From: Oscillospiraceae bacterium
Lineage (GTDB): Bacteria > Bacillota > Clostridia > Oscillospirales > CAG-272
Direction of reading: 5' to 3'
NCBI GenBank assembly: GCA_015064965.1
Contig: SVRG01000004.1
Coordinates: 1-58,436, forward strand
Length of the DNA: 58,436 nucleotides
Shown here: one piece after another, positions 18,101 through 25,433 of the stretch
Layout of the letters: each line of letters opens with the position of its first letter
How positions within the stretch are numbered: the stretch's first letter is position 1
The notes under the pieces: generated by a model
Databases searched by the model: none
Told to the model about the DNA's origin: nothing
Seen by the model: the letters and a program-made list of their open reading frames with translations, nothing else
Program-made: the position numbers and the translations under genes

Positions 18101-18908
18101 TAAGGGCAGATATGAGAGAGCGGTTTACGCAATGCAACAGGGTCTCAAGACTCTAACAGACGAGGTTATTGCCACTAACGGCGAAATGGCAAGAGAGGTT
18201 TATGAGTCACGTGAGGCTGCAAAGGTAATTACCTTTGACGAAACAAATATTTTTGCCACAAAGATGTCAAGAAGCGGTAAGAGTGTGATTGTTGACGAAC
18301 TCATATCAGCATATCCCGACGGAACTTATAAAAACTTTGGAACAGAGTCGCACAGTCAGTATGATACAGTTGATTCATACCGTGCACTCCCGACAGCATA
18401 TATTCTCCCCGCAGACCTTGAGAATATAGATTCGGTACTTAATCTTCTCGATTTGCACGGAATTGAATATGAAAAAATGGCAAACGGTTCAAAATTGACA
18501 CTCCGCAAGTATTCTCTCGGCGATACGGTTTCACTCGGAGAAAGCGAAGAGGTTGTGCTTGAAAACGGCGCATACGCAGTCCTCACCGATACTGCGGACG
18601 TTTATCTTATAGCATTCTTGCTTGAGCCCGACAGTTATCCTCAACCTTCAAATCCTGACGACTACCTCTATAGTGACAATAACATCTATGATATGGGTTA
18701 TATTACCGATTCCGATGCATATTACCGTTCCGAAGCAGATTATATGCGTGATGTAATTGCAGGTATGGGTTACGTTGAAGGCGATGTTAACGGTGACGGC
18801 ATATTTAATATGGCAGATGTATTGGCGATGCTCAAAAAGGTAGTTAACGATGAAGATGGCTCGCTTATTGACGTATTGAGATTGCTTAAAACATTAGCAG
18901 AGGAATAA
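15138..18908 (+). CDS. Secreted Gly-rich beta-helix + M14 zinc carboxypeptidase + reduced dockerin
   Basis: Signal peptide; GGxxxG/ISGG repeats; M14 motifs GGVHGNEPAG (HxxE), NYARD, DCHE; C-terminal GDVNGDGIFNMADV with the second Ca loop missing. Confidence 0.82.
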   Translation: MKKIGIFLLVFLLTAILTVSIMAEDVTVFVDGTLTETGNGTLATPYKAISTAVNAIKSTGGTIVLTGKTTVNVFAVPAHSKPITYTSVYDGIDYAETNGACLSLGGRMVLGGESTFENMIIECATSTTSNVGGVIYAYGYKTTFGEGITCTNPKGALIYPSLYAGGYSNNGSRNAVLTVKSGTWRAIFGGNGNGAFTGNSTVNFEGGTVKLSLVGGNNAVGNFTGNTTLNISGGKIESNNGGYGIVGSSLGYSAALTFKGNIAINISGNPVIEAPVLGASRSGAPVTTNGDITIDISGGTFASCNVYGGGYGNVTTGENGILVKLSGDTVTFTGTLGSYSICGGAHSGTVTGDVSVILDADTAYRGSILGGGYSGNVTGHSSVIMYKGTVPVTLTAGSRTGTVGSASVEMYGGKVGYHTSSSYFGITGNGRNDTSGTVTGESTILLDGGDVAGAVELNASQIGSGSVTIKSGKAGSVEDKAVIDLSGGKSLSLGGNVSASSFIGGGTLVLGATGSITADTMSGTVEFEIEGEPAANQTYITVLDKDSDAVVNYTAKDDEALVREVGETVTYTLKYDGRYDTTHVRVYYYNPHGENETQPNIVLYKGTTSSDDRVKLTPEKGNENGKNFIEADLAPGLYYYKVYYGNGSGDYETQYFYITGKDESLTYEKPYEPYKENGYMEQYTAVATYQMLEKLLGTSDLPYYEKLDTPGIAKLDEPTRSYMTNEELCDYIEALDEKCEYLYVFYPFDESPVFGNRTPVMVFTKDEIPNGATLEEVAEIVRGGGVREIMMITGGVHGNEPAGAEGVLNYGVLLAGEYGDNALDSIGAIVLMPASCPDNLQRFKRLHANGHNYARDMLSLYEVEPQNYVSLYDLFKPTVTCDCHEDNNYVNYDTPDNSAADLQDVAFQTIGSPNQPLLDPYGVLTGEKPMSESRAYKMLPTLIEKTAQIGLRSGMYKNSYFSPAFTFSYSSTRGSYAFLIEVMRIWSGKGRYERAVYAMQQGLKTLTDEVIATNGEMAREVYESREAAKVITFDETNIFATKMSRSGKSVIVDELISAYPDGTYKNFGTESHSQYDTVDSYRALPTAYILPADLENIDSVLNLLDLHGIEYEKMANGSKLTLRKYSLGDTVSLGESEEVVLENGAYAVLTDTADVYLIAFLLEPDSYPQPSNPDDYLYSDNNIYDMGYITDSDAYYRSEADYMRDVIAGMGYVEGDVNGDGIFNMADVLAMLKKVVNDEDGSLIDVLRLLKTLAEE

Positions 18909-18909
18909 A

Positions 18910-19962
18910 ATGAACATTAGACTCCACAACCGCAAAATGATAAGAACCGAAAAGTATATAAAGGACTTTGTAGCGGCAGAACGTGCAGGCGACGTCGCAA
19001 TTGCTATCGGCGACAGTGAGGGAGAAGCATACCGCTTCTTCCATTCAAGCCGTGGCGATATTTTAAACGGCAAAACGCTCTGCGACATGATGTCGGTGTC
19101 CAAGGTTCTTGTTACTGCCCCTCTTTTTCATATGGCGATGGATGAAAAACTCATCTCTCCGCATGACACTCTCGGAAAGTTTTTTCCGTATGCTCCAAGC
19201 GACAAAAAGGATATTCCGCTATGGATGCTTTTGTCCCATCAAAGCGGAATGGGAAAAGTTGTTTTCCCCGATTTCTTTGGTCCTGACAGGCGTGAAGAGG
19301 CGATACGTTTTCAACTTTCTACACCGTTTCATTTTGAACCGGGTACGGGTTATCTCTATTCGTGCAGCGGTTTTATCCTACTCGGATTTATTCTTGAAAA
19401 GGTGTATAACAAACCGCTTGACCGACTTTTTGATGACCGCATAGCACGACCTCTCCGAATGAAAAATACTTCCTTTAATCCAAGTGAGGACGAAAACATT
19501 ATAAGATGTACACGCAAGGCGTACGATGGTGCAAATAAATGTTCGGATGACAACAATCACCGCTTGTACGGTGTCAGTGGTAATGCAGGCATCTTCTCAT
19601 GTATCGACGACATGACGCTTTTCGGTCGCTCACTATTGAACCGCCATGTAGGGTTGATAAGTGAAGAAACCTTTTCCGAAAGTATCAAAGACCTTTGTCC
19701 ATACGCCTTTGGAAGAGCACTTGGATACGTATATGTAGATGAGCGCTATGAGCAAGGCAGCGGACTTTATTCAAACGGAACAGTCGGTCACACCGGCTTT
19801 TCCGGCACAGAGTGCTTTGCCGACTTTGAAAAGGATATGTATGTAGTATCTCTGTCAAACACCGCATACTATGCCGCAAAAAACGGCGAAGGTTGCATGA
19901 CAGAGGTTGAAGAATTCCGTAAAGGATTACACAAAGCAATGAAAGAGGATTTGGAATATTAA
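18910..19962 (+). CDS. Serine hydrolase, beta-lactamase-related (class C/esterase VIII fold)
   Basis: SxxK (SVSK), LLSHQSG, F.PGT.YLYS, GHTGFSG. No signal peptide. Confidence 0.88.
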   Translation: MNIRLHNRKMIRTEKYIKDFVAAERAGDVAIAIGDSEGEAYRFFHSSRGDILNGKTLCDMMSVSKVLVTAPLFHMAMDEKLISPHDTLGKFFPYAPSDKKDIPLWMLLSHQSGMGKVVFPDFFGPDRREEAIRFQLSTPFHFEPGTGYLYSCSGFILLGFILEKVYNKPLDRLFDDRIARPLRMKNTSFNPSEDENIIRCTRKAYDGANKCSDDNNHRLYGVSGNAGIFSCIDDMTLFGRSLLNRHVGLISEETFSESIKDLCPYAFGRALGYVYVDERYEQGSGLYSNGTVGHTGFSGTECFADFEKDMYVVSLSNTAYYAAKNGEGCMTEVEEFRKGLHKAMKEDLEY

Positions 19963-19994
19963 ACTGCGCACCGTTTAAAAAACACAGAATAAAC

Positions 19995-20085
19995 AAACGA
20001 CCGTATTACCGGATACAATTTCGGTGATACGGTCGTTTTAATATAACAAGGAAGAGAAGGGCAGAAAGATGATACTTGAAGAATT
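19995..20085 (+). repeat. ~91-bp direct repeat, copy B; its hairpin probably serves as terminator between the convergent genes
   Basis: Matches 4468-4562. The DUF6809-like start (MILEEL) is cut off at the LuxR stop codon. Confidence 0.85.
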
Positions 20086-20088
20086 GCG

Positions 20089-21108
20089 TTACAACCATTT
20101 TGCAATCTCTATGAGCGCTTTGCGTGAGGACACGCCGAGCTTGCTGTAGAGATTTTTATTATGGAATTTGAGCGTATTTTCCTTTATATTCAGCGTAGCC
20201 AGAATTTCCTTGGTGGATTTGCCTTCAAGATAGAGATCATATATTGCTTTTTCGGTTGGGGTCAGCGTTTTCAGCCCTTGTACAAACAACTTCTGTTGCT
20301 CGATAAGCTCTTTTGTGGGCTTGATTTCGGGTGCTTGCGGTTCGGGCATGGGTGTGGCAAACAACTTTTCGCCGTCCTGAATTATCAGATACAGCCCAAG
20401 CAAAAAAATCTCGCTGATGATATATGATACAGAGAGGAATTCAAAATCAATTCTGACAAGCTGCTCAAGCAGCCAGACACCGAGGTTTGCAAATACGGCG
20501 GCTGCGAGAAAAACCGCCTGTATATGTGACGGAACACTCTTTTTTATTGCCGCGTGTAAAATGGCGGCAACCATTGCGGCAAAATATGCAAGCAGAAAGA
20601 CGAGATAGATCACATGCCACGGGCCGTACACTTTTTCAAGTACGGAGACACCGTTTACATTTTGCAAATAAACTTCCTTATAATAGATATCCGAGTATCC
20701 GGGACTTGCCGCAACAAAGAACACAAACAGGCTGATGCAAACGAGCAGATATGGCAGCCACTTGATATATCGCAAGCGACATACTTTTACGATAGTCAAT
20801 AGCATTGCCAAGGGTAAAAAGACCGAGCCGAGGTAGGAAACTCTGTTTGCCATAAGCGCGCCGTCAAGCGTAGTTGCCTTGGCAAGCGAAAGATAGCCGA
20901 TGTTGACTATCACTGCAGACGTAAAAAGCACCATCAGCCAAAACTCTTTTTTGCGAATAAGTGTAAGGTATCCAACCAGCATCAAAATGGAAAGAAGCGT
21001 TGTGACAACATAAACCGCTGACATATCCATTGCTTTGCCGCCGACGGCGGAGCATCCTGCAAAAAAGCAAAGAGGAAGTAACGCGGCACTACCGAAAATC
21101 TTCTTCAT
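20089..21108 (-). CDS. Membrane-integral 7TM sensor fused to a LuxR-type HTH regulator
   Basis: About 7 TM segments resembling HisKA_7TM; C-terminal LTPTEKAIYDLYLEGKSTKEI..IKENTLKFHNKNLYSKLGVSSR. Start moved to MKKIFG after AAGGAG. Confidence 0.88.
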   Translation of the reverse strand: MKKIFGSAALLPLCFFAGCSAVGGKAMDMSAVYVVTTLLSILMLVGYLTLIRKKEFWLMVLFTSAVIVNIGYLSLAKATTLDGALMANRVSYLGSVFLPLAMLLTIVKVCRLRYIKWLPYLLVCISLFVFFVAASPGYSDIYYKEVYLQNVNGVSVLEKVYGPWHVIYLVFLLAYFAAMVAAILHAAIKKSVPSHIQAVFLAAAVFANLGVWLLEQLVRIDFEFLSVSYIISEIFLLGLYLIIQDGEKLFATPMPEPQAPEIKPTKELIEQQKLFVQGLKTLTPTEKAIYDLYLEGKSTKEILATLNIKENTLKFHNKNLYSKLGVSSRKALIEIAKWL

Positions 21109-21149
21109 AAATCGCTCTCCTTGAAACAATTTACCTGTAAAACCCAAAA

Positions 21150-21220
21150 ACCACACCGTTTCCCACACTTTTTGCGCTAAAAACGGCGGCATCCCACACT
21201 TTTATTTTGCCTTTGTGTGG
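21150..21220. promoter_or_regulatory. Candidate LuxR operator repeats
   Basis: TCCCACACTTTT at 21161 and 21192 (31-bp spacing), CCACAC at 21151 and inverted GTGTGG at 21215. Confidence 0.5.
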
Positions 21221-21422
21221 CGACTTTGGGCTATTTTGTAATTTAATATTAAATTAAAGGGTATAGAAGGATGGTATATAACCTTGCCTTGTAAAAAGGG
21301 GTACCCCATTTACAAATTCATGTAAATGTCTCTGTGGCGCGCCAACGAAACAGAGACCGCCCCTAATAATTATAATTATATATTAACATAAATATATAGT
21401 TAAGTCAACGGAGGTATCCAAA

Positions 21423-24400
21423 ATGAAAAAACTTGGCAGAGTTTTGATTATGTGCCTGCTTGTCTTTTTGCTTGCCTTTACGGTGGTTGCAGAAGACGGC
21501 GACAACTGTATGTACTGCGGTGCATATCGCTTTGGCGATTGGCTTTGCGAATGCGGTCTTTGCAGCATTGAGGCAGAGCCCGCGGATTGCTGGGCAGCAA
21601 CGCACTGCTGGGAATGCGGTGCTTGCTTTAACACACGTTCCAAATTCTGCACCGAATGCCATCTTTGCGACGATTGCTACGTCGGCGAGGCATACCATTG
21701 CATGGGCTGTGAGGAGTGCTATGCCGGCGACCAGGATGCGCTATGCAGCATATGCTGGTTCTGTGAGAGCTGCGCCGGCGCATTATGTGATGATTGCGGC
21801 CGTTGCGAGAGCTGTCAGGAGTTTGAAGGCGGTGTGCATTGCCCCGAGTGCGGCTACTGCTATAACGCATACGGCGCATGCGAGGAAGATGGCGCCGAGC
21901 ACTGCAAGGAATGCTGCCTGCCTTGCGAAAAATGCGAGCGATGCGTTTTCGATGACGGTCTTGAACTCTGTGATGAATGTAATGCCTGCGAGGAATGCTG
22001 TGAGGCAGAAGCACAGAGTGAGGGCTGTGAGTGCGGCGAATACTGCGTGGAAGGCTCCGATTGGTATGACCATATCTGCCTTGACTGCGGAACTCCGTTT
22101 TGCGCAATAGAGCAATGCGATATCTGCGAGGTATGCCTTGACTGTTGCGAAGGAAACTCCGATTGCAGCGAGGGGCTTTGCGTAATGGACGATGAATATG
22201 ACGAGCATTTCTGCCTTGACTGCGGCGCGTGTTTCCATGATGTAGACGTATGCGAGATATGCTATGGTAACGGCGAGCTTCGCTGCGAGGACTGCTGCCG
22301 TATGTATGCCGAGGATGAAGGCTGCGATTGCGGTGACACCTGCGTGAGCGACCCTGACTTTGATATGCATGTTCTCACTGAGCATTCAAATGGCGGCGAA
22401 CACAGTGCAAAGCCGCAGAACACATGGTCATTTGACGAGACCTATCACTATGTGAGCTGCCGCTACTGCGACAGTGCGGCACACCTCACTGCAAAGGCAA
22501 AGCACACGCTTAACAAGTACGATATCTGTACAGTTTGCGGCTACAACACCAACACAAAGATACTTGTTCTTTCTCAACCGCAGAGCAGAGTTGTAAGCGT
22601 AAGCGATAATGAAGCAGATGCCGGCGACCCCTATAACATCGAGGACAACAAGGTTTCGTTTTCCGTTTTTGCCAAAGGAACAAGCAAACTCAGCTACCAG
22701 TGGTACGAAAGATACGGAAACGGAAAGTGGACGGCACTTGAGGACAATACATCCTCGTGGAACAATGGCAAAAAGTTCAACACCGTTCACGGTGCAAAGA
22801 CCGAAAAACTGACGATTTCTGTTCCGACGACGGTTTGCTATGGTGAGAACTCTTACCGTTGCGAGATTAAGGATGAGGACGGAAATACCGTATATTCTGC
22901 CGAAGCGTCTATTTTTTCCAAGCACATTTATAAAGAGTGTACCTACTATAAGGGCGCGCTGATTGGCATTATCCATCAGCCTAATAAGAATAACAACATC
23001 GGTGTGTATGAAAGCAAAGTACATGAAATAATCTGTCTTGGTGACGGCTGCGAGGCGGTAAAGGAATTGCCCCACAACTTCGGCAAGGCAGAGGGCGAGG
23101 TTACGGATAGCGTTGACGGCAGCGTATGGACAAAGTTCACCTGCCGTGACTGCGGATTTACTACACATATAAAGAATCACGACCACTATTTCTTCGATAA
23201 AGAAACAGGCGAGTGCGTGGTGGATTACACCTATAAAAACGGCACACAGCACCGTCTTAAGTGCCTCTATGACGGCTGTACCAAGACTACCTTGGAGAGC
23301 CACACATGGCTTGCATGGGGTAATCAGGGAACACCTCATACCGCATCAAACGGCATTGGCGCGCCGTACAAGGAATGCAGTCTTTGCTCCTATACCACAA
23401 CAGAGAAGCCGATGCGATTTGACAGCGTAAAAGAGGAGAACATTGCAACTGATTGGACAAAGTCAAATGACCTTGTATATGTACAGTACGGTCACGCATC
23501 AAGCGATATTTATGTTATGGGCGACAGTATTGAGATCACCTTTGCCCCCACTGTCAACGATAAAAACGATTACATCAAGATCAACAATCCGAGATGCCTT
23601 GCTTTCCGCGTATACTATAGCGGAAACGGCGTGAGTGACCTTGATGTAACGGGCTACGCAACCTCGGTAAAGCTTGAGGGCGAGCCAAAGTGGACTTTTA
23701 TTATCAAGAGCTTTAAGGAATACACAGGCGGCGGTATCTTCACATTTATCCCTGCAATTGATAAAGCCGAGTGTAAGCATCAAAGCGGCACAAGAATCTT
23801 CGGCGCATACAAGCCTGTCTGCGTAAAGGACGGCTACACCGGTGACCTTTGCTGCTGCGATTGCGGTTATGTTGTAAAATACGGTGAAACTATCGAGGGC
23901 GGCAAAGAGCATACAGGCACTCTCACACTTATTAAGAGCACTGTAGTAAAAGCAACATGCGAACAGCGCGGATACGAAGGCTCATACAAATGCTCGCATT
24001 GTGGCATGGTGGTTATGGGTGATACCACACCGAGACAGCATACGGGCAAGATAACCGTTAAAAATGCAAAATCGGCTACCTGTTTTGACTTTGGTTACAC
24101 AGGCGACACCTACTGCTCATGCGGCGACCTTGTAAAAGAGGGCAAACTCATAGCACCTACACATACCAAACTTCAGACACTTAACTATAAAGAGGCAAAC
24201 TGCCAGCATGACGGCTATACAGGCGATATAAAGTGTGCAGTGTGCGGAATTTATGTAAAATACGGCTACACGCAAAAGGGCACAGAGCATGCATTCTCCG
24301 TTTGGAAAGCACAGGACGGAGTAAATCACAGAAGCTACTGTACGGTAAGCGGATGTAACGAATTTAAAGTTGAGCCGCATACGGATGCTGACCGTGACCT

Positions 24401-25424
24401 TGTTTGCGATATATGCTCTTACTCTTTAGGCGAGGACGGAGAGTATATTTCGCTCATCTCTCTCAGTGTTACCGCTCCCGAAATCGGTGCAAAGGCTGAT
24501 TATACCAAATTTGATACCAAGCGTTTCTACAGTGATAATCTCGGTGACCGCTCAGGAAAGTATACGGACGGTATAAGCTGGATAAATGTTGAAACAGGCA
24601 AGAAAGTCAGCGTATTTGAAGAGGGCGGCGTTTATAAGCTTACCGTTTGCTTCAGAAGTAAAGAAAACTATTCCTTTACCGAAAATCTCACTGCCACCGT
24701 CAACGGTTCTGTAGCAGTTGCAGAGTATCTTGGTGCTGATTTTGCAAGCATTGAGTACACATTCCAAAAGCTTGGCCACGCTCATGATTACATCCTGATG
24801 CGTAACGAAAGCAGCCACCACTATGAGTGTCTTGTTTGCGGAGATGCAAAGGATGCAGGCAACCATGTGTTTGATGCAAACGGACGTTGCAAGAGCTGTG
24901 GCTACAACAAGAGCAACAATAACCCGTTTACCGACGTTAAGGCAAGCGATTACTTCTTTGATGCGGTGATGTGGGCAAAGGATACAGGCCTTACCGTAGG
25001 TACAACGGCGACTACCTTCTCGCCAAATGAAACATGTACAAGAGCGCAGGGAATAACATTCCTTTGGCGTGCGGCAGGCAAACCCGAACCCAAGTATTCT
25101 TCACCGTTTGTGGATGTAAAAGCCTTTACCGACGTAAAAGAGAGCGACTATTTTTACAAAGCAGTGTGCTGGGGCGTTGAACAGGGAATTATCGTGGGCA
25201 CATCCGCAACAACCTTTACGCCTCACCAGACCTGCTCAAGTGCGCACATTATGACAATGCTTTTCCGCGCAATGAAGATCGGCACTAACGGCTGGTACGA
25301 GGAAGCAAGGGATTGGGCAAAGAAAGAGGGACTCCTCAACGGAACAAAATTTGTTGTTTCTCCCGATGAGCCTTGTCCGAGAGCGGGAATTGCGTATTTC
25401 CTCTATATGTTTTACGAGAAATAA
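21423..25424 (+). CDS. SLH-anchored surface protein with an extremely Cys-rich N-terminal domain, Ig-like domain and Cys/His repeats
   Basis: Signal peptide; about 63 Cys in aa 29-307 (manual count); Ig-like SQPQS..SYQWY..YRCEI; ATC..GYTGD..C..CG repeats; C-terminal SLH (PFTDVKASDYFFDAV, FSPNETCTRAQ). Confidence 0.88.
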   Translation: MKKLGRVLIMCLLVFLLAFTVVAEDGDNCMYCGAYRFGDWLCECGLCSIEAEPADCWAATHCWECGACFNTRSKFCTECHLCDDCYVGEAYHCMGCEECYAGDQDALCSICWFCESCAGALCDDCGRCESCQEFEGGVHCPECGYCYNAYGACEEDGAEHCKECCLPCEKCERCVFDDGLELCDECNACEECCEAEAQSEGCECGEYCVEGSDWYDHICLDCGTPFCAIEQCDICEVCLDCCEGNSDCSEGLCVMDDEYDEHFCLDCGACFHDVDVCEICYGNGELRCEDCCRMYAEDEGCDCGDTCVSDPDFDMHVLTEHSNGGEHSAKPQNTWSFDETYHYVSCRYCDSAAHLTAKAKHTLNKYDICTVCGYNTNTKILVLSQPQSRVVSVSDNEADAGDPYNIEDNKVSFSVFAKGTSKLSYQWYERYGNGKWTALEDNTSSWNNGKKFNTVHGAKTEKLTISVPTTVCYGENSYRCEIKDEDGNTVYSAEASIFSKHIYKECTYYKGALIGIIHQPNKNNNIGVYESKVHEIICLGDGCEAVKELPHNFGKAEGEVTDSVDGSVWTKFTCRDCGFTTHIKNHDHYFFDKETGECVVDYTYKNGTQHRLKCLYDGCTKTTLESHTWLAWGNQGTPHTASNGIGAPYKECSLCSYTTTEKPMRFDSVKEENIATDWTKSNDLVYVQYGHASSDIYVMGDSIEITFAPTVNDKNDYIKINNPRCLAFRVYYSGNGVSDLDVTGYATSVKLEGEPKWTFIIKSFKEYTGGGIFTFIPAIDKAECKHQSGTRIFGAYKPVCVKDGYTGDLCCCDCGYVVKYGETIEGGKEHTGTLTLIKSTVVKATCEQRGYEGSYKCSHCGMVVMGDTTPRQHTGKITVKNAKSATCFDFGYTGDTYCSCGDLVKEGKLIAPTHTKLQTLNYKEANCQHDGYTGDIKCAVCGIYVKYGYTQKGTEHAFSVWKAQDGVNHRSYCTVSGCNEFKVEPHTDADRDLVCDICSYSLGEDGEYISLISLSVTAPEIGAKADYTKFDTKRFYSDNLGDRSGKYTDGISWINVETGKKVSVFEEGGVYKLTVCFRSKENYSFTENLTATVNGSVAVAEYLGADFASIEYTFQKLGHAHDYILMRNESSHHYECLVCGDAKDAGNHVFDANGRCKSCGYNKSNNNPFTDVKASDYFFDAVMWAKDTGLTVGTTATTFSPNETCTRAQGITFLWRAAGKPEPKYSSPFVDVKAFTDVKESDYFYKAVCWGVEQGIIVGTSATTFTPHQTCSSAHIMTMLFRAMKIGTNGWYEEARDWAKKEGLLNGTKFVVSPDEPCPRAGIAYFLYMFYEK

Positions 25425-25433
25425 GGAGCGACT

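Noticed and set aside
1-18908. Classical cellulosome cluster
   Set aside because: No glycoside hydrolase or multi-cohesin scaffoldin is recognisable.
18910-19962. Beta-lactam resistance gene
   Set aside because: The SxxK fold is shared by many esterases and peptidases; no signal peptide, and YxC replaces YxN.
21648-21662. Multiheme cytochrome c or polyferredoxin call for the Cys-rich protein
   Set aside because: Only one CxxCH (CTECH) occurs among ~63 Cys, and there is no CxxCxxCxxxCP motif.
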